A stretch of DNA of 63,253 bases, the filler included, from Psammoneis japonica (taxonomy: Eukaryota): assembly GCA_008632985.1 (NCBI GenBank). It is 10 parts of 10 records of this genome, joined end to end, with 100 filler letters (N's around TTAATTAATTAA, not from the genome) between each part and the next. Parts side by side here need not be neighbours in the genome. Positions count along the whole stretch, not along the records: positions 20,800 to 27,504 come from QPGO01000554.1; positions 27,605 to 34,139 come from QPGO01000556.1; positions 34,240 to 40,804 come from QPGO01000557.1; 7 more parts are not named here. One strand, written 5' to 3'. Position 1 is the stretch's first letter. Every line of letters starts with the position of its first letter. This document shows, piece by piece, positions 25,086 to 37,700 of the stretch. Under the pieces are notes generated by a model. It had not been told where the DNA came from. It saw only the letters and a program-made list of their open reading frames with translations, and searched no databases. The position numbers and the translations under genes were made by a program.

Positions 25086-26003
25086 TTGACAGACACCAAG
25101 GTTTTGCTCAAAGCTCGATGCTACATGGTTCAGCCATTGTGGAAGGTCACAGTGCTGCCGTGCTCTCGATCCCCATCAGAAAACTTTGCCGTGGCAGTGT
25201 CCATGTCTCATGTTGCGGGGGATGGCCATACCTTCTACGCTCTGTACAATGCGTTAATGGGAAATAGTGGGATGCCGAAGCTGGTGGCAACGTGCATCGA
25301 AACGACCGTCATGCAACAAGAAGAGGCTTTGGGCAGAAGCGAGTTCAAGTTCAATGCGTTGGTTGGGTTTGTCTTTACGATCTTACGAGGTGTCATCACA
25401 ACCAAGTTATTTGCTCCTCAAATTCAAAGTCACTACTTCCTCTTGGATACAGGCGAGATGAAGTGAATCAAAGATTCAGCCGTGAGGGGCACCTCTCTCC
25501 CTTTTGTGTCGACCAACGACGTTCTTGCTAGTTGGTTTTTCCAGAACTCGGGTTGTCAGCATGGTCTAATGGCAATCAATTTCAGGAATCGTCTCCAAGG
25601 ACATGAAGACATCCATGCAGGCAACTACGAGAGTGTCCTGTATTACCGTGTGCTTCAGGACACAACGACCCCTGCACTCATTCGAAGATCTCTGTCAAGC
25701 TTGAAGCGAGTCGTAACAAAGTCCGAACCTCCTCGTAGCATGGAAATGTTTGCGGCAAACATCTCCTTGATTTCCAACTGGGCCTCTTTTGCGGATGCCA
25801 AAAATGTCCATCTTATTCCTGGCTGCGAGGAGGAGTTGCATCTTCCATTGTTTGACGTTGGTTCTTTGCTACCTTCTACTCTGGCGCTCTGTGTCATCTT
25901 CCAAGCCAGATCGAATCAGCTGGGTATCCTTCTAACGGGGACTTCTACGCAAATGTCGAAAATCTTGGATGCACCCTTTCTAGCTTGTCCTTTGTCGTTG
26001 TAG
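25086..26003 (+). pseudogene. CoA-dependent acyltransferase (HxxxD, transferase/BAHD-like) pseudogene
   Basis: Motifs SMSHVAGDGHTFY, VSTNDVLASWFF, NFRNRL and AGNYE. There is an in-frame TGA at 25464-25466, and the 5' part abuts the Copia LTR. Confidence 0.7.
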
Positions 26004-26289
26004 AGGAAGAACGAACAACTTGTTTCCGTAATGCCGGCACGTTGCAAATCCAATCGCACACTTGTCAGGAATGAACATCAGCGATAACATCAACACTACC
26101 AAGTACCTTCACGAATTCTATCAAGATACCAAGCTATACGCCGGATTGACAATAAATAGCGGCATTTCCTACCATCTTTCGATCCAACAACAGACACATC
26201 ATTAAACACTGCGTAAGAGGAGTGGATTAAGGAGCATTGGAAGGTGATTCTCGAGCCGTCCTGCGTCAACAAGTCGAAATCACAGATTA

Positions 26290-26700
26290 TTCGCTGGCTA
26301 TGTTCGTTGAGTAGCGATCGCAAACCGTCGTGTCCCAGAGAAGAGGAACGTATTGTGAATACTGGGGACTTTGTGGAAGGCGGCAGAGTAGACGGGGACG
26401 TGGCCGTCAGTCTCACTTTGGGAGACTTTCGTTTCAAAAACCCAACCATTGTAGTGGAACGAGAGCCGTCTCAGATCGGTCTGGTTGCCATTGAGGCAAG
26501 CGAGAAGAGGATGCCCCTGGCGTTCCAGAAATATCCGTTCACAATCGTGGCGTGAAAAAGGATTTATTCTTGGTGTGTGTTTGTGATGGCATTTGAGACG
26601 TCCATGCTAATGAGGAGGGCGCAGCCTTTGTCGCAGATTTGTTCATGCAGGACGAGTCTAATGTGGGGCTTGCATGCGAGGAGGTGAGGCACGAAATGAC
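26290..26700 (+). pseudogene. PP2C (PPM-type) phosphatase C-terminal fragment
   Basis: LSSDRKP..PREEERI...VEGGRVDGDVAVSLTLGDFRFK, then after a frameshift PDISVH...DLFLVCVCDGI*DV (consensus CDGIWDV). Confidence 0.8.
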
Positions 26701-27604
26701 TTTCATTGTACCATTCATCAATTGTTACTTACTCTTGTTGCTCAGTTGCTCGACATGTCTCTGGATCTTGGGAGTCAAAACAACATGTGACTGCAATAAT
26801 CGTGATGTTTCTGGCACACACAGTCTGGGAAGGCGGTGGAGTTGAAGCACGACTAAAAGAACGGATCAACATGAAAATAAACGGAACTATTCACTAAGAA
26901 TGGTGTAGGGACCAACTTCAATCACGTGCTCGTCAAACTCAATTGTACGGACGTATCGAAGTGTCTCGCTCGTTCAGGAGTGTATAAGCCCGGCGGTAAA
27001 AGTACTGGTTGGCCCGTGTCATACCGGTAGGCATGTCCAAGCTTGCATTTTGCCTTGGGGTATCGTTGCTACCGTTCGGTTGCCTTGCTCGGTGACTTGC
27101 TGAAGAACGAGAATGGGGAATCCAAGTTGCTGTAAGAAGGGGTCTCCAATGCTATGAATCCCTGGTCTAGCATGGAGGTTTGTCGTAGTCACAAAGTTTA
27201 TGAGACTGTATGGCATATAACTACTTCTAAGGTTCCTTTTCTTAGTATATACCCTCGTTATCTGCCATGTATCTGTTAGCGGGACTCCGGACTATCTACG
27301 GGTAGCAGCTCTATGTTTCTCAAGCTCGAGAGACAGTTTTGCTTCCCAGTATCAAACAGAAACGAAGTTGCAACTAAACCCCACATATCAATCAACTCAC
27401 CCTTCAATAATCAAGCTTTCTACAGTAGTAAAGATTTTACGAGGCTAGCATTGTTCTGATTTATCCTCTCGATGTAGTATTATCAATCCAAAGTAGAGAG
27501 TCGGNNNNNNNNNNNNNNNNNNNNNNNNNNNNNNNNNNNNNNNNNNNNTTAATTAATTAANNNNNNNNNNNNNNNNNNNNNNNNNNNNNNNNNNNNNNNN
27601 NNNN

Positions 27605-30600
27605 CTGAATGGTTGACAACGTTGCCGTGGCAAGCTCTTTCTGCATTTTCTCATTTTGTGCCATTTGAATGCTTGCCAAAGATTGTTGTTGCATTTTGTC
27701 ACAGCTTGCGAGGTCGATTGATCGTCTCACACGGTCGACTGCAGCTTCAGCAACATTGGCAACATTTTTCACAACGTTTGCACCGCCACAGCACATCTGT
27801 TTGGGAGCCTTGTGCTTCACCCCACTTTGCATCCTTTTGATGCACCTGTTGTGCATGTTAAGATGGATTTGTGCCTTGCTTGATGTCCTTCTTGGGGGCT
27901 TGGTCCAAGCATGATGATGGCATGTCATTTTTGGGTGTGTCAATTTCTCAAAAGTGCATGCCGTGGAAACAAAATGACACAATGGAGCCTCAGGGATGCT
28001 TGTGTTGGTGGCATTTGTCAGGCAGACTTCACATGCTCCAAAGAAGACAATCCTCAATCCTGTGATTTTGTTGTGATTGACTGGGTTTTAGAGTCATTTT
28101 GATGAAAACTCTCACACCTCACAAGCCTTTTTTGTGCATCTCATTCATGCATGCAGGTGTCTGGTCTGTGACGAGCCTTTCTTCTTGCTCTGCAATTGAT
28201 TCTCTTTGTTGTCTGAGGCACAATGTTGTCCACATCATGTGGGGAGATCTTGGCAGTGTGCCAACGAGTCCAGGCTTTGAACTGGGCAAATGGAGAGGTG
28301 GGGGCTTGCCCTGAGATGGGCTCCTTGCCTCCTCTTGGATGCTTGGATGCCACAAACTGCTGGCAACACTTGGGGCCTTAAAACTGGGCAGGGTGTCTCA
28401 GAGCCACCTCTGAAAGCTGTCACAATGAGCATGCTGTGACATGTGACCTCAGTGGACTGGCATTGTGGCTGTGCATGGCTCTGCTCACATTTTCATTTTG
28501 CAAGTCATTTTTTCAGCACAGATGTCTTTGACTGTGAGGGCTTGCAGTTGCCTTTCCATGCCAAAGCTCTCCATGACTTGAGCATTTTGATGTTCTTTGT
28601 TGATGTGGGAAAATTAGATCCTGGAGCTTTCTGCATCCAGTTGGGTCCAGAGAGGAAATGGACAAAATGAGGTGGAGTCGGCTGTCAAAAGTGATGGAGT
28701 TTGGCTCAACATGTTGTTGAAACAGCAGACAATGCATTTGGGCAGATGACGGCATGTTGCTGTTCTTCAATGTGTTTGCTCTGGAGAGGGCTGTGTCTGC
28801 ATCGGAAGCGCTGGTTGTCAGGGCATTGTGCATGTGCGTTGAACGCATTGCACACACTGCGAACACACATTTCCCTCTCTCCTTCTCCTTCTTCTCCTCT
28901 TCTTTTGTTCATAAACTCAGAGCTGTCTGCATGACCAGACACGTGCCTGATGCCAGGCAATTGTCCAGCTGCACTGGTGGCTCTTCACAAACTGTGCAGG
29001 AAATGTGCTGGAGCTTGTGCAGAATCCCATGATGACACAATTCCATTTTGACATCAACAAGCAGAAACACACACAGTTTTCCAGTGTAAATTTGATGGCA
29101 ACACCACAGATGGAATCATTGTCAACGTGCCAATCACTGCATCATTTGAGGGTTTTCAATCACAGGGAATTCCTTGTTTGGCGCTGAATTTCCTCAGACA
29201 AGGAAAGTCAAGGAAACAAGACAAGGAAAAATCAATTGGTGATTCAATGCATGGTTGCAACCATCATGATCATTTCATCTGGCTGTTGATTTGTCCAGAG
29301 CCTGTGGCAGCTGAAACTCCTCTTTTTGTGCACCACTGCACTCAACGAGTGAGGCAGATGCTGCTGGGGTCCACTTTCTCAAGGACAAAAAGATGTGCTT
29401 CCATGATGGTCTCTTCAAGTGCGCTGTCTGCTCCAAGGAAGCCCACAAAAAGCTCAAGTTGGTGTGGCAAATTGTGCAACAAAATAAAAGAGGAAAACTT
29501 CTTTGTTTCCTTCATTCAACAAGCCAATGAGGGGGAAATCAAGATGTGAGCATGAGCAGCGTTTTGGGTCGTGGAGGCTCCTTGCAGCCCCAGATTTCCT
29601 CAGATGAAAGGAAGACATGTCCTGCACTTGTTTGGTGCCAGTTTTGGCCAACACAGTCCTTTCATCTTGCAGCAACATTGTGGTCCTTTCATCTCAGTTG
29701 GTGGCCAGTCCAGAGTGCAGCTGCTGCAGTGCTTCAAGTGGCCAGCCACAATGATGAGAAGCTTGGCTGCTTGTCTCTTTTGTGCAGCACATGGCTCCTT
29801 TCATTTTGCCATCATTTTTTCATGCAGAGCTGGCAGAAATGCCAACTGACTGCAGTGGTGCAGCTGCATGAGCTGGCCCAACGCCAACATCATGAGAGGA
29901 GGCTGGCCAGCAGCACAGCACTGCAAACAAGCACATTTCCTTTGACACCAAACCACAGGAAAATGTGCTCTTGATTGCTTGTCTCTTGTGTTGCAGCAGG
30001 TGGATCCTTTCCTTTTGCAGTCATTTTTTTCACAAAGAGCAGGCTGCAGGGCTGCCAAGCAGCCTGGGAGCTGCTGCTCACAGGTGCAGTGTGTGACAGC
30101 AGAACCTGACACCTGATTGCTGAGAGTCAGCCTTCAATCTGTCAAGCACAAGCTCAAAAATTGAAGTGCACAAGCTGTGACAGCTGAGAGCCTGAGTCTT
30201 GCAGCAAAGCCATGCAAAGAGCCTTTGTGTTTGTCCCACTTGCTTGGGTTGTCTCCTGCCTCTCTTTTCACTGGTGCACTTGCCAAAGAGAAACAGCATG
30301 GCATGCTGCTCATCAGCAGTTTTGGCTGGAAAGGTTTGGCAGCAAACAGAACATTGGCTGTTGCTGTGCAAGTTGTGAGAGTTTAGAGTCTGGGCAGCAG
30401 CACAGCTGCAGGAAGGAGCTTTTGTTGTCCATTTTTGGGTTTTCTCCCACATCTCCTGCCCCATTGACACACTTGTCACAGCAAAATGTTCATGTCATGC
30501 ATTGATGTTTTGGAGGGACAAGGTTTGGTGGCAAGATCAAACATTGGTCATTGCCACATCATGGTTGGTTTGTTGTTTCCATCTTTTGTCACAGCAGCAC

Positions 30601-31050
30601 AAAAATTGCAAAACATCTGGCCATCCTGATTGAGGATTGAATGTGTGGCATTCTCTCCTCTCTTCCTCCTTTTCCTTTTTTTCATGAGCTTGGAGCTGCC
30701 ATGAACTTGGAGCCACCTGCATGACCGGACATGTGCCAAACAACAAATGCCACCAAAAATGCAGATGCTGACATCATGACAGGCAAGCAAAGTGGAAATT
30801 GGTCATTTCATGAGAAAAAATGAAGTGGATTTTTTACTTGTCTTTGCTGCCAGCTTTCTGCGTGCAATCCAAGCACAGTCTGTCCATCACTTCAAAAACA
30901 AGGAAAAGCATGAACAACATGTTTTTCACAGGGCCAATTTGCATGGTGGCATGCATGACCATCACAACACAAGTCATTCAAAAATGTCACAAGAGTCACA
31001 ATTGGCATTTTGCACAAGGAAAAACACCAAATCTTGCAGAAAGTGTGCAC
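27605..31050. other. Unclassified heavily mutated repeat-like DNA (TpA- and CpG-depleted)
   Basis: Very few TA or CG dinucleotides, an excess of TG/CA, and many short Cys/His-rich ORFs with no recognisable domain. Confidence 0.55.
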
Positions 31051-31093
31051 AGTGTCACAAGAGGGTGATCAGAGCTGCCAACCTTTTGGAAAC

Positions 31094-31179
31094 TCAGTTG
31101 AAACATCATCCAATCAAAGGTGTTTTGATTTGCATGGTTTGATCAGATGACACCTTTGATTGGATGAATTTTCAATTGA
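31094..31179. repeat. Inverted repeat / hairpin
   Basis: TCATCCAATCAAAGGTGT (31106-31123) pairs perfectly with ACACCTTTGATTGGATGA (31150-31167). An imperfect outer stem extends it. Confidence 0.85.
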
Positions 31180-31273
31180 TTTCCCGAGAAGTTGACATTC
31201 AAATGCAGATGGGCAGGCAGACTGACAACAATTGTTTCTGGTGCTCTTCCGCATGATTTCCATGCAATGACTC

Positions 31274-34139
31274 TGTCAGAGTGCCAAAAAGCAAGAGCAA
31301 CAAGCCAGAGAGCTCCCCACAAACTGGTGACAGTGGATGACACATGTGCCAGTGAGAAAGAGTGAGAGAAGATCTCAAAGAGATCATCTCGACTGTCTAA
31401 AAACATCTGACCATCATCCGCAAGCAGTCTGACCATGTGCGGGGTTGGCTGACACCCTCCCCTGATCCAGCATGTCCAACAAAGAGACTGCAGATCACAG
31501 ACAGAATGGAAAAGGGAAGGCAAGAAGCAACCAAAGGCAACACAAAACAAACCAGATGACTCCTGAAAGACTCCTGAAAGAGTCAGACAGGGAAAGAGCA
31601 ACTCTGCAGATGCTGGGGGACATGTGGCAGCAGGACTCAATGGAAGTGTCCCATCATCCAACAAGCATGGCAGGCATGTGGCATTGAGCCAAGAGCCTTG
31701 GTGAGGACGTTGCTTGGGTTGATGATGCCAGGGATGTGTTGAGTGACAACATGACCAGCCTCCTTCCAATCTTGAAGGGCAAGCCACTCAAGGTTGATGT
31801 GTTGGGAGTGTTCAGTGGGGACCCAGTTGTTGATGAATGAGTGTGGCCATGTTGGGGAAGCCAAGTTCATGAAGTGCAGATTGGAGACACAGGACCTGTT
31901 TGGAAGCAGCTCCAGCAGAATGAAATTTGGCCTTGGTGGAGCTGGTGGCTGTGATGGTCTGCATCTTGCAGCAATGAGAGACAGCAGCACATGCCAACAC
32001 ACATGCATGCCCTGTTGTGGTTTGGTGGTTGCAAAGGTCATTGCCATGTGCTGCATCCAGGAAAGCTTGCAATTGAGCAGGCAAGTCCGGGGTGGGAATG
32101 AAGGCAACATGACACCCGGTGCAAGGCACTTGAAAGGGTGCATTGGAAGGGCAGGAACTCTTGTGCAGGATTCTTGCAGTTGATGTCCCCCAGTGCTTCA
32201 TTCAATGGAGATGCTTTGCCACACCTTTCAAAGCAATGTAATGTGCCAGGGCTGGATGAGAAGCAAACTTTGAAAGCGCTGCAATGGCACACCCGATGTT
32301 CAGCTGGCAAACCATGCATGCATGCCACAATTGACCAAGGATGTTGCAATGCACAAAACCATGGAGTTTGGCCAACTCCTGATGCTCAGGGGTCCCTTCC
32401 TGTGGGCCTGCATCAGAGCAGAGGTGAGGAATGGAATCCACAGGTGTTGGGGTGACGTGGAAGTCAGAGCCCAATTTAGCCACAACAGGGTGGAGCCAAC
32501 CATGTGACATGAGAACACAGTCAAGGCAGCTGTGGCATGCAATCAATGTTGAGTCATCATGCTGATGCACATTCACACCATTGAACTCAGCACACAGGCC
32601 CAAATGCTTGAACGGGATCTCATCTTTGCTGGGAACACACAGGGCCTCACCAATCAAATCACAAATCTTGGTGGCAATTGATTTTTGGGACATGCAATCA
32701 CAAAATCATGAACCTGGCAGAGAAGGAGAACAAGTTTGCCTTCAAAAGCGTCAGCACAAATGCACTTGAAGTGTGCTGCATTCCAAAGCAGTGGCTTTGC
32801 ATCTGCCAACACACTGTTGAAGTGGGTTTCCCACATGACACCCAATTCCGGATGTCCCTGCAGTGCATGAAGGACAGGGAGTGCCGTTGACCAGTCAAGG
32901 TCTGCGCAAAAGTGGTCCTTGCACCAAGAGGCACTGGCTTTGTCTGTTTGGATGTAGAGCAGAGTTGAAGGGCAGGGAGAGTGAGCGCAAGCATCCTGGG
33001 CATCTTTGCAATGCACTTGGCAGGCCATGGAAGCCAAGAGAGCAAAGAACAGCGCCATCTCATTGGTTGTCACACACAAGAAGAGTGGGTGGACTGGAGA
33101 CAATGTGGAGCAGGGGCAGCTTGTGGTTTTCAATCACAACAACAGCATGATTAAATGTGCCACCCATCTTGACATCATGTTGCCAGTGGGAGCGAAGGAC
33201 AACAGCAACTTTTGGGTGGGGAACAGGTTTTCCAAACACACCCAGAGTGCAAAAATGATCCAACTGGTGCTTGAATTCACCATCTCTTCATTGGGAGCAC
33301 ATGGGGAGTTTCTTGAGTCAGCGCCGGGCAAAGATGTCCAGTTCTTGTTCCTCTGGGGTCACTGCATGAGAGGAGAGAGCAAAAACGTTGAAGGTTCCAG
33401 ACTCTGGAGCAATTGCAGGTGAGAACTTGGGGTTCACATCATCTGCACCAGGAACCACAATTCTGCAATGGAGCATGCATCACCTGATGTCATCTGCACC
33501 AGGAACCACAATTCTGCAATGAAGCGTGCATCACCTGATGTCAATTGTGGAACATGCTCCTCTTCACCTTTGGCAGGAGGAGAAAAAATGTCATGTTCAA
33601 TCGGAGCACGTTGGAGATGTTTGGAGTCAAGATGGCAATCAGGAGCAAATGCAATTTCAAATTCCGGATTGTCTGCATCATGGTTGAGGCATTGGATTTC
33701 AGCAATGACTTGGCCCTGATTGAACACATCAATGCCTGCTGATTTGTCTTGTGGGCATCAAGCATGTGTGCAACCACATCATCACATTCTTCAGCAAAAG
33801 ATGGATTGGAGGTCTTGAGGGATTTGTCAAGAATGTTGTTTGAGTCAGGGAGGATGAGTGGGTGGGAAAAACATTTCCTGTTGATCAATTGGCCACAGAT
33901 GGTCACACCCTGACCAGAGCAAAGTTGATGTTTTGCCACATGCTTGCATGTCATGAAACTTGAGCAAACAACCCACCGTGTGGTCCTTCTTTGGGCCGCC
34001 AGTGCAGACAGCAAAAGCACATTTGTCAATGAGGGCAGACTGGAGTTGTGGGTTGCAGCAAGCACACACCAAAACGCACCCAGCTTCATCTGCCACAGGG
34101 ATTGCAAGACATCCAAAGCCATGGGGAACAGCAGTGTTG
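31274..34139 (-). mobile_element. Highly degenerate Copia RT-RNase H with PPT and a possible short 3' LTR
   Basis: HALQGHPELGVMWE, LLLCQVHDF (consensus RQVDDF) and HIPGIINPSNVLTKALG...MMGH. The PPT GGGGAGGG (31462-31455) is followed by TGTCA. Confidence 0.8.
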
Positions 34140-34561
34140 NNNNNNNNNNNNNNNNNNNNNNNNNNNNNNNNNNNNNNNNNNNNTTAATTAATTAANNNNN
34201 NNNNNNNNNNNNNNNNNNNNNNNNNNNNNNNNNNNNNNNGCTGTGCATTTCGTTGAGCACTCACACGCTCACATTCTTTCAACTTACACATGTGTTGTCT
34301 TTCCTCATTGTTGTTTTGTTCTGTAGGGTCTCCCTTGCCATGGGCCATCCCTGAGAGAGAAATGCTTGCTTTGAATGTCACTTCTACCTTGCAACGGCCA
34401 CGGCAGTCTGACGACAAGTCCAAGTCACAGATGCAGCATCCGGATGACTTCATAATAAATATAGAAGCTTGGGTCTGTGGTGTCTGAAGATGTTCAAGCT
34501 CTTGGCAGCTCAGATTTGTCGTCGAGCAATTTTGACGCGCATTTGACGTGCCTCCAGAAGG

Positions 34562-34799
34562 TGTTGTAATTTATCCTTCTGGTGACTATTTCAGAGCCAC
34601 CTCAGTCCTCTAAGGTCTGATCCTGAGGCTAAAATAGACAAGCTTGTTATCACAATGCTTTCTAAGAGTTAAAAGAGAATAATGACTGCTTTCATCGGCA
34701 GCTTCAGTGCCTCACGTAGAGCACATGAGCGCTGGCGCATGCGTCTTCTTCGCGCCATCTAATTTCGGTGTTTGAACTTTTAATTCACCATTTCCAACA
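34562..34799 (-). repeat. 3' LTR (238 bp)
   Basis: Aligns without gaps to 39959-40196 with 8 mismatched positions. Confidence 0.97.
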
Positions 34800-37700
34800 C
34801 ACTCCTGCTGACCAACGACACGATTCTTGCCATTTCCAAATTTGACCATCTCAGGCACTTGGATGTTCATGATGGCTTGACGATCAGAAATGAACTTTTT
34901 ACCAACCACTGGTTTGGTCATGCAATCTGCCATCATCTTGTCTGTTGGGCAGAACTTAATCTCAAGTTCTCCTCGCTTGATGAGGTCAGTGATGTAAAAA
35001 TGCTTGATGTTGAAATGCCTCGTGCGTTTGCCCGAGCTGGCCTTTCCATTTTGTTCTAGTTTCATGCAACTTTGATTGTCTCGATGCATGATGTTGCGCT
35101 CGACTTCAAAACCTTGAGCTTCAACAAAACGCTTGGTCCAAAGGACCTTTTCCAAAACATCGTCTCCTGCGATGATCTCTGCTTCCGTAGAACTCCTGGT
35201 GTTGATCTTCTGCTTCGTGCTGACTGATGCAATGACACCTTTTCCAAGGGTCATGGTAGAACCTGTGTGACTTTTACAGTCCGGATGGACTGCAAATGCG
35301 GCATCCGTGTGCCACTCGATGACAACTTTGTCTCCAGCCGACATGACTGCGACATCAAGCTGGGTTGTCTTGAGGAAATTCATGAGCCTCACCAGCTTTG
35401 GCCAATCTGATTCGCTCAGATCCTTGACCCTGGTAGAGAGAGAAGCAATGCCAGGCTGAATGTCCTGTCTGGCTCTCTTGCACACAAACATGCCCTTCAT
35501 CACAAAAGTGCAAAATGCTTGAGCATGCTTGAGATCTAATTTCTTGGCTGTCTCATCCACCTTGTTGAGCTTCTCGCTCCACGGGCAATCCACGTCACCC
35601 GACAATTCTTCTGGGAATTTCTTGAAGAATTCCTTGACCATTTCTTGCACATGAAGCACCATGTCAACTTGCAATGCTCCTGGAATGGAGCAATCTAGAG
35701 TTATGGCTAGACAGTCATGCCTCTTTCCACGCGTGACTTTGACCTTTCCGATCTCATCCGCACAAGTTTTGTCCAACCAAATCTTGAATTCATCGTTGAC
35801 CTTGCTGTCAACATGGCTAGACTTCAAATCGTCCACATGCCATGTCACCGTGTGTTGTTTTCCATTCACGATGTGGTTGGCGACACATGGATCATGAGGA
35901 CCAATCTCAAATCCGATTCCTTCGATGTCTCTGCGGAACTTCTTGCAACAAAGAATGGAAGACACCAGCATTCCGTAGAGTGCCTTCAACATTTCAACGT
36001 AGAGAACCTTGTGTTTGCCTTCGTGCACGACGCAGTCCTGGCAAGTGTCTGGATCCAATTCCAGCAACATGTCCACCATCCTTCCACTGATCTTCATGAT
36101 GATCTTTTCATCCTTGACCTCGATGTCCGTTTGCACAAATGCATTTGGAATGTCTGCCATCATAACGTCTCTGCCTTGCTTGGCATCAATCACTCCTGCA
36201 ATGAGAACAGATTCTGTTGATGCTGTCGGACTGGCGGTTTCATCTCGGTCCATGCACTCTCGTTGCGTGCTTCCGTTTGCACACAACCTTGACTTGATTC
36301 GTCCATCTCTCTTCTCTGTGAGAAACATGAGGCTCTCCATGGCTCTCTTCCTCTCCAGTGGAGTCATGTCCTTGATGCAAATGGGTTTGAAAACCACTCT
36401 ATCATGGATTTGCTTCAGCTCTGACACTGCCGACTTGTGGCCTTCTTCTCCAAACTTCTGGAGTCCTCGTGCCAAGCTGCAAGTCTGAATAAATTGGTGT
36501 GCTTCTTCATCAGTGGAAATCGTGCTAACCTTTTTGTTCCACTGGCACATTGTCATGGCCATGATTCTGGCCGTCTCTAAGCTGCATGCTTCTTCTTGTG
36601 AATGGGCTTGAGTCTGCAGATGGCATTGGCAGTCTCCCAATCTAACTGGAGGTTTGAGAGTCCTTCCTGCCCTGGATGTAGCAACAGGCTCTTCTTGGAC
36701 ACTTTCTTTGGTTTCACTCTGCTCCTCTCCAGATTCGTCATCAGATTCCAGGTCTTTCATTTCGTCGATGATCTCTTGCACTTCCAGAGAGTGTTCCTTC
36801 TCTTGTTCCAGCCTCTGTTGTTCATCAATGTGGTCAATCATGTCATCGATTTCTTGTGAGATTCCGCTGCCGTCTGATGGTTGAGAACCAACTTCGTCAT
36901 TGTCTCCGAGATGCTCATCATTGGAGGTTTCTTCTTGAGTCTCGTCTTGTTGTTCACTGATGTAGCTGGCTTCTTCATCCAATTCTTGTTCCCGAACTAT
37001 GTCTTGCAGCTCTTCTTGACTAACTCTGTCGCAGTCTCCCCAGCCTAGCTCTTCTTCCTCATCATCTTCAGTTTCAATGTCTTCTTCTAGATCACAATCT
37101 TTGTCTTCAAATTGATCTTCATCACAATCCACTCCTGCAAGCCAAGCACCGTCGCACAAAACAGTTCCAGTGCGGTTCTGAATCTTGAGACCATTGGGCA
37201 TCTTGTTCATTTCAGCCAAATGATGAACCTGCTTTATGATGGCGGGAGTGATGGGCACAGGGGTGACCTTGCGACGAGTGATCTTCTTGCCGGTTTGCAA
37301 GTGCAGCAACTCATGTCCAATCTGGTTGCTGTCGGTGGGGCGCAAACAAATGCAATCCAAGGTCCGTGACTCTTGAGTGTTCTTGGGGTCCGGGTCGTTG
37401 TGAGCTTGCACACAAGTGCCGAACGTGATCTTGCAGCTCTTGTCATAGTCTAGATTCTTTTGATGGAGAATCATTCTTGGACTGCAATGTTTGGAAACGC
37501 CGTGCTTGGCTGGAAAACAATTGAGCTTCTTAGCAGCTTCGGTGACCATGACTTCAACCATGAGTTTTGGTAGATGCTTGAATGGCAGCTGATGATGGAC
37601 TGCCCTGGCACGTTCTTGAATGACTCGGTTGTTTCTTTCGGCTTCTGGGACATGCTCCTGAGCATTTGTGCAGTTCACCTTGAGATCAAACTTGTCTTCT

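Noticed and set aside
33440..33541. 51-bp direct duplication in the Copia relic; similar short duplication at 47200-47421
   Set aside because: These are ordinary local tandem duplications with no further structure.
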